DNA of 32,000 bases from NCBI RefSeq assembly GCF_003010495.1, contig NZ_CP027570.1, positions 2,190,001 through 2,222,000 on the forward strand. Reading direction: 5' to 3'. The position numbers were made by a program, and so were the translations under genes. This DNA comes from Megasphaera elsdenii DSM 20460 (GTDB taxonomy: Bacteria > Bacillota > Negativicutes > Veillonellales > Megasphaeraceae). Shown piece by piece: positions 15,891 through 24,292 of the stretch. The notes under the pieces were generated by a model. The model ran no database searches. It was not told the origin of the DNA and was given only the letters and a program-made list of their open reading frames with translations. Each line of letters begins with the position of its first letter. Positions within the stretch are counted from its first letter, which is position 1.

Positions 15891-16911
15891 CCTCTTCGAT
15901 ATGACGAAAAAGGAACTGCAAACGTTCCTCGTCGCCCAGGGAATGAAGAAATTCCGGGCCGACCAGATTTTCCATTATGTCTATAAAGAAAATATCTTTT
16001 CCTGGGATGAAATGGTCCTGCTGCCCAAGAAAGACCGGCAGCTTCTCAAAGACGTCCTGCCCATTCACTTTCCGGAAATCGTGTCCCGCCTGGACGCATC
16101 CGATGGCCAGACAGTCAAGCTGCTCTTGCAGCTCGCGGACGGCGAAACCGTCGAAACGGTGCTCATGATGCACGATTACGGCAATTCCATCTGCGTGTCG
16201 TCCCAGGTCGGCTGTGCCGTCAACTGCGCCTTCTGCGCGTCGGCCAAGAACGGCTTTGTCCGCAACCTGTCGGCCGGTGAAATGGTCGCCCAGCTCCTGG
16301 CTTTCCGTAAATACGTCATGCCGGAACTGCACTCCATCGTCATCATGGGGACGGGGGAACCGCTCCTCAATTATGACAACGTCATCCGTTTCATGAAGCT
16401 CATCCACGACAAGGATACGCTCTATCTGGGCTATCGCAACATGACACTGTCCACGTCGGGCATCGTCCCCAAGATGTATGACCTGGCCAAAGAGGGCATG
16501 CCCATCACCCTGGCCGTGTCCCTCCACGCGCCGAACGACGCCTTGCGGCGGCGGATCATGCCCATTGCCGAAAAATATCCCCTGGAAGCCGTCCTCCAAG
16601 CGGCACGTCACTATTTCGACGTCACAGGCCGAAAAGTCACCTTTGAATATATCCTCATCAAGGGCCTGACCTGCACTAATGCCTGCGCTAAGGAACTGGC
16701 CCGCCTCCTGGGCGGCCAGAACATCCTGGTCAACGCCATCCCCATCAATGATAATTATGACGTCGGTCTCTACCGGCCTGACGAAAAGACGATGAATGAA
16801 TTTGTCACCTATCTGCAGCGCCATGGCGTCCCTGTCACCTTGCGGCGGGAAATGGGCAGCAAAATCCAGGCTGCCTGTGGCCAATTGCGGATAAAACGCG
16901 AAAAAATTTGA
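15877..16911 (+). CDS. rlmN: 23S rRNA/tRNA (adenine-C2)-methyltransferase RlmN (radical SAM)
   Basis: It carries CVSSQVGCAVNCAFCASAKNG (CxxxCxxC), GTGEPLLNYDNV and the C-terminal AACGQL. It overlaps rsmB by 14 nt. Confidence 0.95.
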   Translation: MDMNNLFDMTKKELQTFLVAQGMKKFRADQIFHYVYKENIFSWDEMVLLPKKDRQLLKDVLPIHFPEIVSRLDASDGQTVKLLLQLADGETVETVLMMHDYGNSICVSSQVGCAVNCAFCASAKNGFVRNLSAGEMVAQLLAFRKYVMPELHSIVIMGTGEPLLNYDNVIRFMKLIHDKDTLYLGYRNMTLSTSGIVPKMYDLAKEGMPITLAVSLHAPNDALRRRIMPIAEKYPLEAVLQAARHYFDVTGRKVTFEYILIKGLTCTNACAKELARLLGGQNILVNAIPINDNYDVGLYRPDEKTMNEFVTYLQRHGVPVTLRREMGSKIQAACGQLRIKREKI

Positions 16912-16980
16912 CAGGTGACGGCGAATATGATATGAATTAAAGTGTACCTATAACGAAACACCGTGAGAGGACGTGAGAAT

Positions 16981-17688
16981 TTGGGCACATACGGTGAATC
17001 CAAAATCGGCTTGGTTCGGAAAGTGAATGAAGATTCCTTTTATATCAGCCACGAGAAAAACGTACTGGCCGTAGCTGACGGTATGGGCGGCTATGTAGGC
17101 GGTGAAATCGCCAGCAAGACGGCTGTAGAAGCCATCGCCTATTACTTCAAGAATTTCAGTTATGCGGCACCGGTACAACTGGAGAAGGCCATTCAATATG
17201 CGAATTCCAGTATCCTCAGCAAGACCTTGATCGACCCCTCGCTCAAAGGGATGGGGACGACTGTTTCTTTAGTGACGCTGGCCCGGCACATGGCTTTTTG
17301 GGGCCACGTCGGCGACAGCCGTATCTACTTATACCGCGACGGGGAGTTCACGCAGATTTCTGCCGACCATACCATCGTCCAGGTCCTGCTCGATAAGGGC
17401 AAGATCACGGAAGAAGAGGCCATGGACCATCCCCAGCGCCATGTGCTGACCAGAGCCGTCGGCGTCGATGAAAACCTGGTCGTCGACAGCGGAGCCTTTG
17501 AAGTACAGCCAAAGGACCGTATCCTGATTTGTTCTGACGGCCTGACGTCGTTCATCCGGAAACAGGAACTCTGCGATGCCATCGGCGATTATCGCCGGAC
17601 GGAACGGGAAATCATCAATGATCTCTTTGCCCGCGTTTATGAGAACGGGGCCAACGATAATGTTACCGCAATTTTAACGACCATATAA
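16981..17688 (+). CDS. prpC: PP2C-family Ser/Thr protein phosphatase (PrpC/Stp)
   Basis: Motifs are GLVRKVNEDSF, AVADGMGG, GMGTT, GDSRIY, CSDGL and NDNVTAI. The ORF opens at GTG 16963; TTG 16981 lies 9 nt after GAGAGGA and is my preferred start. Confidence 0.92.
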   Translation: MGTYGESKIGLVRKVNEDSFYISHEKNVLAVADGMGGYVGGEIASKTAVEAIAYYFKNFSYAAPVQLEKAIQYANSSILSKTLIDPSLKGMGTTVSLVTLARHMAFWGHVGDSRIYLYRDGEFTQISADHTIVQVLLDKGKITEEEAMDHPQRHVLTRAVGVDENLVVDSGAFEVQPKDRILICSDGLTSFIRKQELCDAIGDYRRTEREIINDLFARVYENGANDNVTAILTTI

Positions 17689-17724
17689 TCGCGAACGACT
17701 ATGAAAGTGGTGGAATAGCTAAAA

Positions 17725-19701
17725 ATGATTGGTCATATCTTAGATAACAGATACAAGATATTGGAAAAAGTAGGCACAGGCGGCATGGCCAGCGTGTACA
17801 AAGCACAGGATATCCTCCTGGACCGGATCGTCGCCGTAAAGATACTTCATTCAAAATACGGCAATGACCACGATTTTGTCGTCCGCTTCCGGCAGGAAGC
17901 CCAGGCGGCTGCCAAATTGTCACACCCCAATATTGTCAATATATACGACGTCGGCTACGATGAAAATGTCCATTACATCGTCATGGAATTCGTGCGCGGC
18001 GAAACGTTGAAAGAGTATATCGAAAAGCACGGCCATCTGCCGATCAATACGTCGATACAGATTGCCTTCGATATTGGCGAAGCTTTGGAAAATGCCCATG
18101 CCAACGGCATCGTCCACTGCGATATCAAGCCCCATAATATTCTGGTCACCGAAACAGGGCGCATCAAAGTCGCCGACTTCGGTATCGCCCGGGCCGTCAA
18201 TTCCGTCGAAAACAGCGACCGCACGGTCCTGGGTTCTGTCCATTATTTTTCACCGGAACAGGCCAGCGGCGGCCATATCGACGAACGGACGGATATTTAC
18301 TCCCTAGGCGTTGTCATGTATGAAATGATGACCGGTGTCGTTCCCTTCCAGGGCGATACAGCCATCAGCATCGCCCTGAAGCACGTCCAGGACGACATCC
18401 CCTTGCCGACCAAGTACAACCGCCGCATCCCGCGGCTCGTCGAACAGGTCATCCTCAAGGCCATGGCCAAGAACCCGGACGACCGTTTCCAGTCCATCGG
18501 CGAGATGATGTCGGAACTGCGCCTGTCCCAGGGTTTCATCAACACCAACGGCGCCCGGCCGATCATCAGCAAGGGCCCGTATAACTTCGGTACGCAGAAA
18601 CTGCAGCCTATCAAGGAAAAGGACCTGCCCGAAGACGAACCTCCGGAAAAGAAGAAGAACCCTTTTACGCGGTTCATGGATTCTATCAGCAATCATTCTC
18701 AGAAAACCATCATCATCGGTATGCTCGGCGTCTTCCTCGTCGCCTTTGTCTGGGCCTTCTTTTCCTTCGGGAATTTTTGGAGTACTGAAGACATTACCGT
18801 ACCGGATGTGACGGGTAAGCAGGTAGAAATCGCCAAGAAGATCCTCAAGGATAAGAAGCTCGACGTCTCCGTCAAGGAAGTGGAAAGCGACGAAGTGCCA
18901 GTAGGCGAAGTCGTTTCCCAGACGCCGTCGGGCGGAGCCGTTGTCAAGGCCAACCGGACGATTTACCTGACGGTCAGCAAAGGGAATAAAGGCGAAGAAG
19001 TCCTCATACCGGACCTGCGGAGCCTGACCCTCGATGAGGCCGAAAAGAAACTGAAGGAAATCGGTCTGTCTGTCGGCAAGGTGCGCTACAAAGAGAGCGC
19101 CCAGTATGCGGATGGGACCATCATAGACCAAGATCCGGAATCGCCGAAGAAAGTCGAAAAGGGGACGAAAGTCGATCTCGTCGTCTGCCGTAAGAGCGAA
19201 GCGGAAAAAGAAGCCGAAGCGGCTAAGAACGAAGCGCCCAATACGAGCGGCATGAGCCTCGACGCAGCCGTGAAAGCCTTGGAAAGCGCAGGGTACTCCG
19301 TCGGCAATGTGTCCAACCTCGATTCGTCGAAAGACAGCTCTCAGGCCGTCGTTACGGGTCAGACGTCGGAAGACGGCAAGGTCGTCAACTTGTCCGTCGA
19401 ATATCCGTCGTCCCAGAGCAGCCAGAGTTCGCCGTCGAGCAGTTCCGGCGGCTCCGATGGCAGTGCCAATAACCAGGAACCGGCCGGGACGCCCCATTAT
19501 GGGACCGTCAATATCAGCGTACCGTCCGGTGCTTCCAGCCAGCATGTCCAGATCGTCGTATCCGACGACAACGGCTCGCGCGTCGTCTATGACCGCAGTC
19601 AGGCCGGTGGCGATAACATCTCCAAGAGCGTCAGCGGCACGGGCAAGACGAGAGTCAAAGTCTATATCAACAATTCATTAGTACAGGATCAGTACATCTA
19701 A
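17725..19701 (+). CDS. prkC: Ser/Thr protein kinase with PASTA repeats (PrkC/PknB type)
   Basis: Kinase motifs are GTGGMASVY, VAVK, HCDIKPHNIL, DFGIA and SPEQ. A TM helix (IIIGMLGVFLVAFVWAFFSF) is followed by three PASTA-like repeats, a Ser-rich linker and a C-terminal beta-rich domain. Confidence 0.95.
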   Translation: MIGHILDNRYKILEKVGTGGMASVYKAQDILLDRIVAVKILHSKYGNDHDFVVRFRQEAQAAAKLSHPNIVNIYDVGYDENVHYIVMEFVRGETLKEYIEKHGHLPINTSIQIAFDIGEALENAHANGIVHCDIKPHNILVTETGRIKVADFGIARAVNSVENSDRTVLGSVHYFSPEQASGGHIDERTDIYSLGVVMYEMMTGVVPFQGDTAISIALKHVQDDIPLPTKYNRRIPRLVEQVILKAMAKNPDDRFQSIGEMMSELRLSQGFINTNGARPIISKGPYNFGTQKLQPIKEKDLPEDEPPEKKKNPFTRFMDSISNHSQKTIIIGMLGVFLVAFVWAFFSFGNFWSTEDITVPDVTGKQVEIAKKILKDKKLDVSVKEVESDEVPVGEVVSQTPSGGAVVKANRTIYLTVSKGNKGEEVLIPDLRSLTLDEAEKKLKEIGLSVGKVRYKESAQYADGTIIDQDPESPKKVEKGTKVDLVVCRKSEAEKEAEAAKNEAPNTSGMSLDAAVKALESAGYSVGNVSNLDSSKDSSQAVVTGQTSEDGKVVNLSVEYPSSQSSQSSPSSSSGGSDGSANNQEPAGTPHYGTVNISVPSGASSQHVQIVVSDDNGSRVVYDRSQAGGDNISKSVSGTGKTRVKVYINNSLVQDQYI

Positions 19702-19711
19702 GGGGAGGAAC

Positions 19712-20575
19712 ATGACAAAAGGACGCGTCATCAAGAACTATAACGGGTATTATTATGTCGATGTCGGCCGGGAGAACCTCGTCGAATGTCGCCGCCGCGG
19801 CAAATTGCTGAAAGCCAAGATCCTCGTCGGCGACGAGCTGGAAATCACCGAGCTGGGCCAGGATAAGGGCGTCATCGAAGCCCTGCTGCCCCGGCGCAAC
19901 CAGATCCGCCGGCCGGCGGTGGCCAATATAGACCAGCTGCTGGTCATCATGGCGGCCCAGTCGCCGGACCCGAACCGTTTCCTCGTCGACAAGATGCTCA
20001 TGACCTGTGAATACGGCGGCATCCATCCGACGCTGTGCTTCAATAAGTGCGACCTGGACCGGGACACAGCCGAAGCCTATAAAGCCTTTTATGAACGCTG
20101 CGGCTATGACGTCTATCTCGTGTCGGCCAAGACCGGCGAAGGCCTGGATACGCTGCGGGCTCTCCTGCCGCACCGCATGACGGCCTTTGCCGGCCCGTCG
20201 GGCGTCGGCAAGTCCAGCCTGCTGTCGCAGCTCCTGGGGCGGAAGGACTTGTCCGTCGGCGCCGTCAGCGAAAAGATCAAGCGCGGCCGCCATACGACGC
20301 GCCATTCGGAAATCATGCGCCTCGACAGCGACACGTACGTCGTCGATACGCCGGGCTTCAGTGCCCTCGATTTCGAGCACCTCGACCCCCGGGAAGTCCT
20401 GCGCTTGTTCCCGGATATGCTGCCCTACAGCGGCGGCTGCAAGTTCTCATCGTGCCTGCACCTGTCCGAACCGGAATGTACGGTCAAACAAGCCGTAGCC
20501 GACGGCCATATCCAGGCCGAACGCTACGATACATATTGTAAGATACTCACTTCCATTGCAGAAAGGAAACGATAG
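19712..20575 (+). CDS. rsgA: Ribosome small-subunit biogenesis GTPase RsgA (CpgA)
   Basis: It carries the circularly permuted GTPase motifs NKCDL, GPSGVGKSSLL and DTPGF, plus the zinc cluster CKFSSCLHLSEPEC. Confidence 0.95.
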   Translation: MTKGRVIKNYNGYYYVDVGRENLVECRRRGKLLKAKILVGDELEITELGQDKGVIEALLPRRNQIRRPAVANIDQLLVIMAAQSPDPNRFLVDKMLMTCEYGGIHPTLCFNKCDLDRDTAEAYKAFYERCGYDVYLVSAKTGEGLDTLRALLPHRMTAFAGPSGVGKSSLLSQLLGRKDLSVGAVSEKIKRGRHTTRHSEIMRLDSDTYVVDTPGFSALDFEHLDPREVLRLFPDMLPYSGGCKFSSCLHLSEPECTVKQAVADGHIQAERYDTYCKILTSIAERKR

Positions 20576-20577
20576 TT

Positions 20578-21222
20578 ATGGTAACCATTTGCCCCTCTAT
20601 ATTGTCGGCTGATTTTTCCCGCCTGGCCGAAGAAATCCAGGACGTTGAACGGAAGGGGGCCGACTGCATCCATCTCGACTTGATGGACGGCCATTTCGTA
20701 CCGAACCTGACCTTCGGCGTACCGGTCATCAAAGCCCTGCGCAGCTGCACGAAACTGCCTTTCGATGCCCATCTCATGGTCGAACATCCGGAAACCTATA
20801 TCGACGGCCTGGCGGCTGCCGGCGTCCAGTACGTCACGGTCCATCAGGAAGCCTGTGTCCACCTCGACCGGGTCCTGCAGCAGATCCGCGAAGCAGGCAT
20901 GAAAGGCGGCGTCGCCCTTAATCCGGCGACCCCCGTATCTTCCTTGTCCTGCGTGGCCGGGCAGTTGGATATGATCCTAATCATGAGCGTCAATCCCGGC
21001 TTCGGCGGCCAGAAATTCATCCCCTATGCCGTCGATAAGATCCGCCAGGCGAAAGCCCTCCTGGAACAGGCCGGCAATACGGCGGCCGTCATCGAAGTCG
21101 ACGGCGGCGTCAATGCCAAGACTGTCCAGGCCGTCAAAGACGCCGGTGCGACCTTCCTCGTCGCCGGCAGTGCCGTCTTCGGAGCTGAAGACCGGGCCGC
21201 AGCCATTGCGTCCTTACGATAA
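20578..21222 (+). CDS. rpe: Ribulose-phosphate 3-epimerase
   Basis: ICPSILSADFSRL, HLDLMDGHFVPN, HLMV, MSVNPGFGGQKF and VDGG. Confidence 0.96.
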   Translation: MVTICPSILSADFSRLAEEIQDVERKGADCIHLDLMDGHFVPNLTFGVPVIKALRSCTKLPFDAHLMVEHPETYIDGLAAAGVQYVTVHQEACVHLDRVLQQIREAGMKGGVALNPATPVSSLSCVAGQLDMILIMSVNPGFGGQKFIPYAVDKIRQAKALLEQAGNTAAVIEVDGGVNAKTVQAVKDAGATFLVAGSAVFGAEDRAAAIASLR

Positions 21223-21226
21223 GGAC

Positions 21227-21255
21227 TTGTATTTCTTCCTTGCATGTGCTAAAAT
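21227..21255 (+). promoter_or_regulatory. Promoter of the rib operon
   Basis: -35 TTGTAT at 21227-21232, 17-nt spacer, extended -10 TGcTAAAAT ending at 21255. Confidence 0.6.
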
Positions 21256-21282
21256 CATACATGTAGTTCAAGTGAATAAGGA

Positions 21283-21410
21283 TAGTCTTTGAGGCAAGGT
21301 GAGAAAGCGGCGCTTTCAATTCCTGACCGGCGGTGACAGTCCGCTAACCCGCAAGGGTTGAACCGATGCAATTTCGGTACCGACAGTACAGTCTGGATGG
21401 GAAAAGACGA
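21283..21410 (+). promoter_or_regulatory. FMN riboswitch (RFN element)
   Basis: GUCUUUGAGGCAAGGUGA...AAUUCCUGACCGGCGGUgacAGUCCGC...CCGACAGUacAGUCUGGAUGGGAAAAGAC matches the conserved RFN cores. P1 pairs GUCUUU with AAAGAC. Confidence 0.9.
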
Positions 21411-21433
21411 CAGATTGTGTTTTTGTTGCGCTC

Positions 21434-21471
21434 AAAAGGCTATGGGAATCTTACGTCCATAGCCTTTTTTT
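21434..21471 (+). terminator. FMN-riboswitch terminator
   Basis: aaaaGGCTATGGgaatcttacgtCCATAGCCttttttt. Confidence 0.85.
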
Positions 21472-21505
21472 ATCTTGCAAATCTGAATGGAAGGGAAGGA
21501 ATACA

Positions 21506-22642
21506 TTGGAACCGGCAGAGTATATGAAAAAAGCCCTGGACTTGGCAAAGACCGCCCTGGGCTATACGACATCTAACCCGGCTGTCGGCTGTGTCATCGT
21601 CAAAGACGGTGAAATCGTCGGCACGGGCTATCACCATAAGGCCGGCACGCCCCATGCGGAAGTATGGGCTTTGCGTGAAGCCGGCGAACGGGCTAAAGGA
21701 GCGACGGTCTATGTGACTCTCGAACCGTGCGCCCATTACGGACGGACGCCGCCCTGCGCCCGGACCCTCGTTGAAAAGGGCGTCGGCAAAGTCGTCATGG
21801 CCATGCTCGACCCGAACCCCTTAGTCGCCGGCAAGGGGGCCGCGATCCTGCGGCAGGCGGGCATCCCCGTCGAAGTCGGCCTCCTGTCGAAGGAAGCAGC
21901 CCAGCTCAACGAAGTCTTCATCAAGAACATGATGGTCCAGAAACCGTTCATCGCCATCAAATTGGCCCAAAGCCTCGATGGCCGCACGGCTTCGCGGACG
22001 GGGAAATCCCAGTGGATCACCAATGACTGGGCCCGCAGTTACGGGCACTACCTGCGCTCTATCTACGACGGCATCCTGGTCGGTATCAATACGGTCCTGA
22101 CCGATAATCCGCTCCTGACCAGCCGCATCGAACGGCCTGGCCAGGACGCACCGCATCAGCCTGTACGCGTCGTACTGGATACCAAAGGACGGACACCTTT
22201 GAATTCACTCGTCGTCACCGATAAGACGACGCAGACCCTTATCGTCACGACGTCTTTGTGCCCCGTAGAGAAGATGAAGGCTTTGAAAAACGCCGGCGTC
22301 CGCGTCATCCTGGCTCCGCTCCAGGACGGCAAGACCATCTACTTGCCTGACGCCTTGCAACTCCTGCATGATGAAGGACTGACCAGCATCCTCGTCGAAG
22401 GCGGCAGCACCGTCCAGGGGAGCTTCTTCGATGCCCGCCTGGTCGATAAGATTTATGCCTTCGTCGGCGACAAGGTTATCGGTGGTACTGGCGCATTGCC
22501 GTCGGTTGGCGGCTGCGGCGTCGATGAGCTCGATGAATGTATGCCGCTGCTCTATGATTCGGTAGAGCTCCATGAAAATAACATATTGATTACGGCATAT
22601 AATGCCAACAGGGAGGGTGCCTATGTTCACTGGCATCATTGA
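21506..22642 (+). CDS. ribD: Bifunctional diaminohydroxyphosphoribosylaminopyrimidine deaminase / 5-amino-6-(5-phosphoribosylamino)uracil reductase
   Basis: It has the deaminase zinc motifs HAEVWAL and PCAHYGRTPPC, plus the reductase domain (KLAQSLDGR...ILVEGGSTV). TTG start follows GGAAGGA. Confidence 0.95.
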   Translation: MEPAEYMKKALDLAKTALGYTTSNPAVGCVIVKDGEIVGTGYHHKAGTPHAEVWALREAGERAKGATVYVTLEPCAHYGRTPPCARTLVEKGVGKVVMAMLDPNPLVAGKGAAILRQAGIPVEVGLLSKEAAQLNEVFIKNMMVQKPFIAIKLAQSLDGRTASRTGKSQWITNDWARSYGHYLRSIYDGILVGINTVLTDNPLLTSRIERPGQDAPHQPVRVVLDTKGRTPLNSLVVTDKTTQTLIVTTSLCPVEKMKALKNAGVRVILAPLQDGKTIYLPDALQLLHDEGLTSILVEGGSTVQGSFFDARLVDKIYAFVGDKVIGGTGALPSVGGCGVDELDECMPLLYDSVELHENNILITAYNANREGAYVHWHH

Positions 22643-23267
22643 GGAACTGGGGACGATTGCCCATATGGACCGCCGCCCCGATTCTATCCGCCTGACCATT
22701 CAGGCGCACAAAGTATTAGAAGGCACGCAGCTTGGCGACAGCATTGCCGTCAACGGCGTCTGCCTGACCGTTACGGATATGACGGATTCGACCTTTTCGG
22801 CCGATGTCATGCATGAAACCATGCGCCGTTCGTCGTTCAGCACCATCAAGAGCGGCTCTAAAGTCAACCTCGAACGGGCCATGCAGGTCGGCGGCCGCCT
22901 GGGTGGTCACATCGTCAGCGGCCACATCGACGGCGTCGGCCATGTCGCCCGCATCGCGACGGACGGCATTGCCCGGGTCATCACCATTTCCATCCCGAAG
23001 GATATGGAACCGTTCATCGTCGAAAAAGGGTCCATCACCATCGACGGCATCAGCTTGACCGTCGTATCCGTCGGCAACAGCCAATTTTCCGTTTCCATCA
23101 TCCCCCATACCATGGCCAATACGACGCTTATGGATAAACATCCGGGGGCTATCGTCAATTTGGAAACCGATGTCATCGGGAAATACGTCCATAGCTTTAC
23201 CGTCGGTCATCCGTCGCAGGCTTCTTCGGGCCTGACGATGGAAAAACTGCTGGAAAATGGATTTTAA
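22623..23267 (+). CDS. ribE: Riboflavin synthase (alpha chain)
   Basis: It has MFTGIIEELG and a duplicated barrel (GDSIAVNGVCLTV / GSITIDGISLTV). ATG 22623 overlaps the ribD end. Confidence 0.95.
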   Translation: MFTGIIEELGTIAHMDRRPDSIRLTIQAHKVLEGTQLGDSIAVNGVCLTVTDMTDSTFSADVMHETMRRSSFSTIKSGSKVNLERAMQVGGRLGGHIVSGHIDGVGHVARIATDGIARVITISIPKDMEPFIVEKGSITIDGISLTVVSVGNSQFSVSIIPHTMANTTLMDKHPGAIVNLETDVIGKYVHSFTVGHPSQASSGLTMEKLLENGF

Positions 23268-23298
23268 CATAATTATTTCAGAATAGGAGTGTTTTACA

Positions 23299-23763
23299 AT
23301 GGTACAAGTCAAAGAAGGTAAATTAATCGGTTCTGGTGCGAAATTCGGCATCGTCGTCGCACGTTTCAACGAATTCATCTGCAGCAAGCTCCTCGGCGGC
23401 GCTTATGACGCTCTCCATCGCCATGGCGTCGATGACGCAGATATTACGACAGCCTGGGTCCCGGGCGCTTTTGAAATCCCCTTGATTGCTCAGAAAATGG
23501 CAGAATCGGGCAAATACGATGCCGTCATTTGCCTCGGTGCCGTCATCCGCGGCGCTACCAGCCACTATGACCTGGTCTGCGGCGAATCGGCTAAAGGCAT
23601 CGCCCAGGCATCCCTTAAGACGGGCATCCCCATCATGTTCGGCGTCATCACGACGGAAAATATCGAACAGGCCATCGAACGGGCTGGCACAAAAGCCGGC
23701 AACAAAGGCTTCGACGTCGCCACCAGCGCCATCGAAATGGTCAACCTCATCAAAGAATTATAA
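23299..23763 (+). CDS. ribH: 6,7-dimethyl-8-ribityllumazine synthase
   Basis: [37 protein letters not shown] and GVITT. Confidence 0.96.
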   Translation: MVQVKEGKLIGSGAKFGIVVARFNEFICSKLLGGAYDALHRHGVDDADITTAWVPGAFEIPLIAQKMAESGKYDAVICLGAVIRGATSHYDLVCGESAKGIAQASLKTGIPIMFGVITTENIEQAIERAGTKAGNKGFDVATSAIEMVNLIKEL

Positions 23764-23772
23764 GAGACTGAC

Positions 23773-23800
23773 GTTCATCGTAGGTCGTTCATCGTTTGTC
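23773..23800 (+). repeat. Tandem heptamer array (4 units)
   Basis: GTTCATC GTAGGTC GTTCATC GTTTGTC. Confidence 0.7.
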
Positions 23801-23816
23801 GAAAAGCACGCCGTTT

Positions 23817-23844
23817 GCAGTCCGCAGTTCGCAGTTCGCTCGGA
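23817..23844 (+). repeat. Tandem heptamer array (4 units)
   Basis: GCAGTCC GCAGTTC GCAGTTC GCTCGGA. Confidence 0.7.
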
Positions 23845-23938
23845 CTCAGATGCGACGTACCGTCGCGACAGACTCAGGTTTGTATTACGACCATTTGCTG
23901 TCCGTCATAAATTCCGTGATAGATGCCATCAGTCACGG

Positions 23939-23964
23939 CGGGCTCGCCGCACGCGAGCCCCTAC
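23939..23964 (-). repeat. REP-like element, copy D1 (inverted copy of C)
   Basis: The plus strand is CGGGCTCGCcgcacGCGAGCCCCTAC; its reverse complement is GTAGGGGCTCGCgtgcgGCGAGCCCG. Confidence 0.75.
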
Positions 23965-24013
23965 GCACGAGCCTGCGGCTGTGGATTATTAAATATCGCC
24001 TGTATGCGATTTC

Positions 24014-24039
24014 GTAGGGGCGTCCATGCGGGACGCCCG
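24014..24039 (+). repeat. REP-like element, copy D2
   Basis: GTAGGGGCGTCCatgcgGGACGCCCG has a perfect 8-bp stem. Confidence 0.75.
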
Positions 24040-24105
24040 CGCGAATCCTGGGGATATCCCGAATTGTATTTGTGCGGAATTTCAACGAACGCCAAACGAA
24101 CCACG

Positions 24106-24145
24106 AAAAGGGGCTCGCCGCAGTGTGCGGCAGTCCCTTTTTTTT
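24106..24145. terminator. Bidirectional intrinsic terminator (A4 - stem - T8)
   Basis: aaaaGGGGCTCGCCGCAgtgTGCGGCAGTCCCtttttttt has the same architecture as the terminators at 7482 and 10386. Confidence 0.75.
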
Positions 24146-24163
24146 GTGCGGTCACTAAGCTGG

Positions 24164-24180
24164 GTAGGGGCGCCCACGTG
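24164..24180 (+). repeat. Truncated REP-like element, copy D4 (head, left arm and loop only)
   Basis: GTAGGGGCGCCCacgtg is followed by the unrelated AT-richer sequence aattatgtcatt. No right arm is present. Confidence 0.55.
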
Positions 24181-24292
24181 AATTATGTCATTAGCCTAGA
24201 ACGTATTTGTGTTGCCTTGCGAAGCACGAGCTGCTATGTTATATTGAAAATAAACATGTATGCTCGAACCATTATTCATTAGGAGGTGCGCG

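Noticed and set aside
19380-19480. The Ser/Gln-rich low-complexity stretch (SSQSSQSSPSSSSGGSDGS) in PrkC.
   Set aside because: It is in frame and lies between the last PASTA repeat and the C-terminal beta-rich domain. Flexible linkers of this kind are common in PASTA kinases, so it is not a separate feature.
23796-24282. ORFs 23796-24017 (73 aa), 23923-24282 (119 aa) and 23486-23992 (168 aa) in or entering the ribH-downstream spacer.
   Set aside because: They run through REP hairpins, heptamer arrays and a terminator. They are Arg/Ala/Ser-rich and low-complexity, have no RBS, and overlap each other in different frames.
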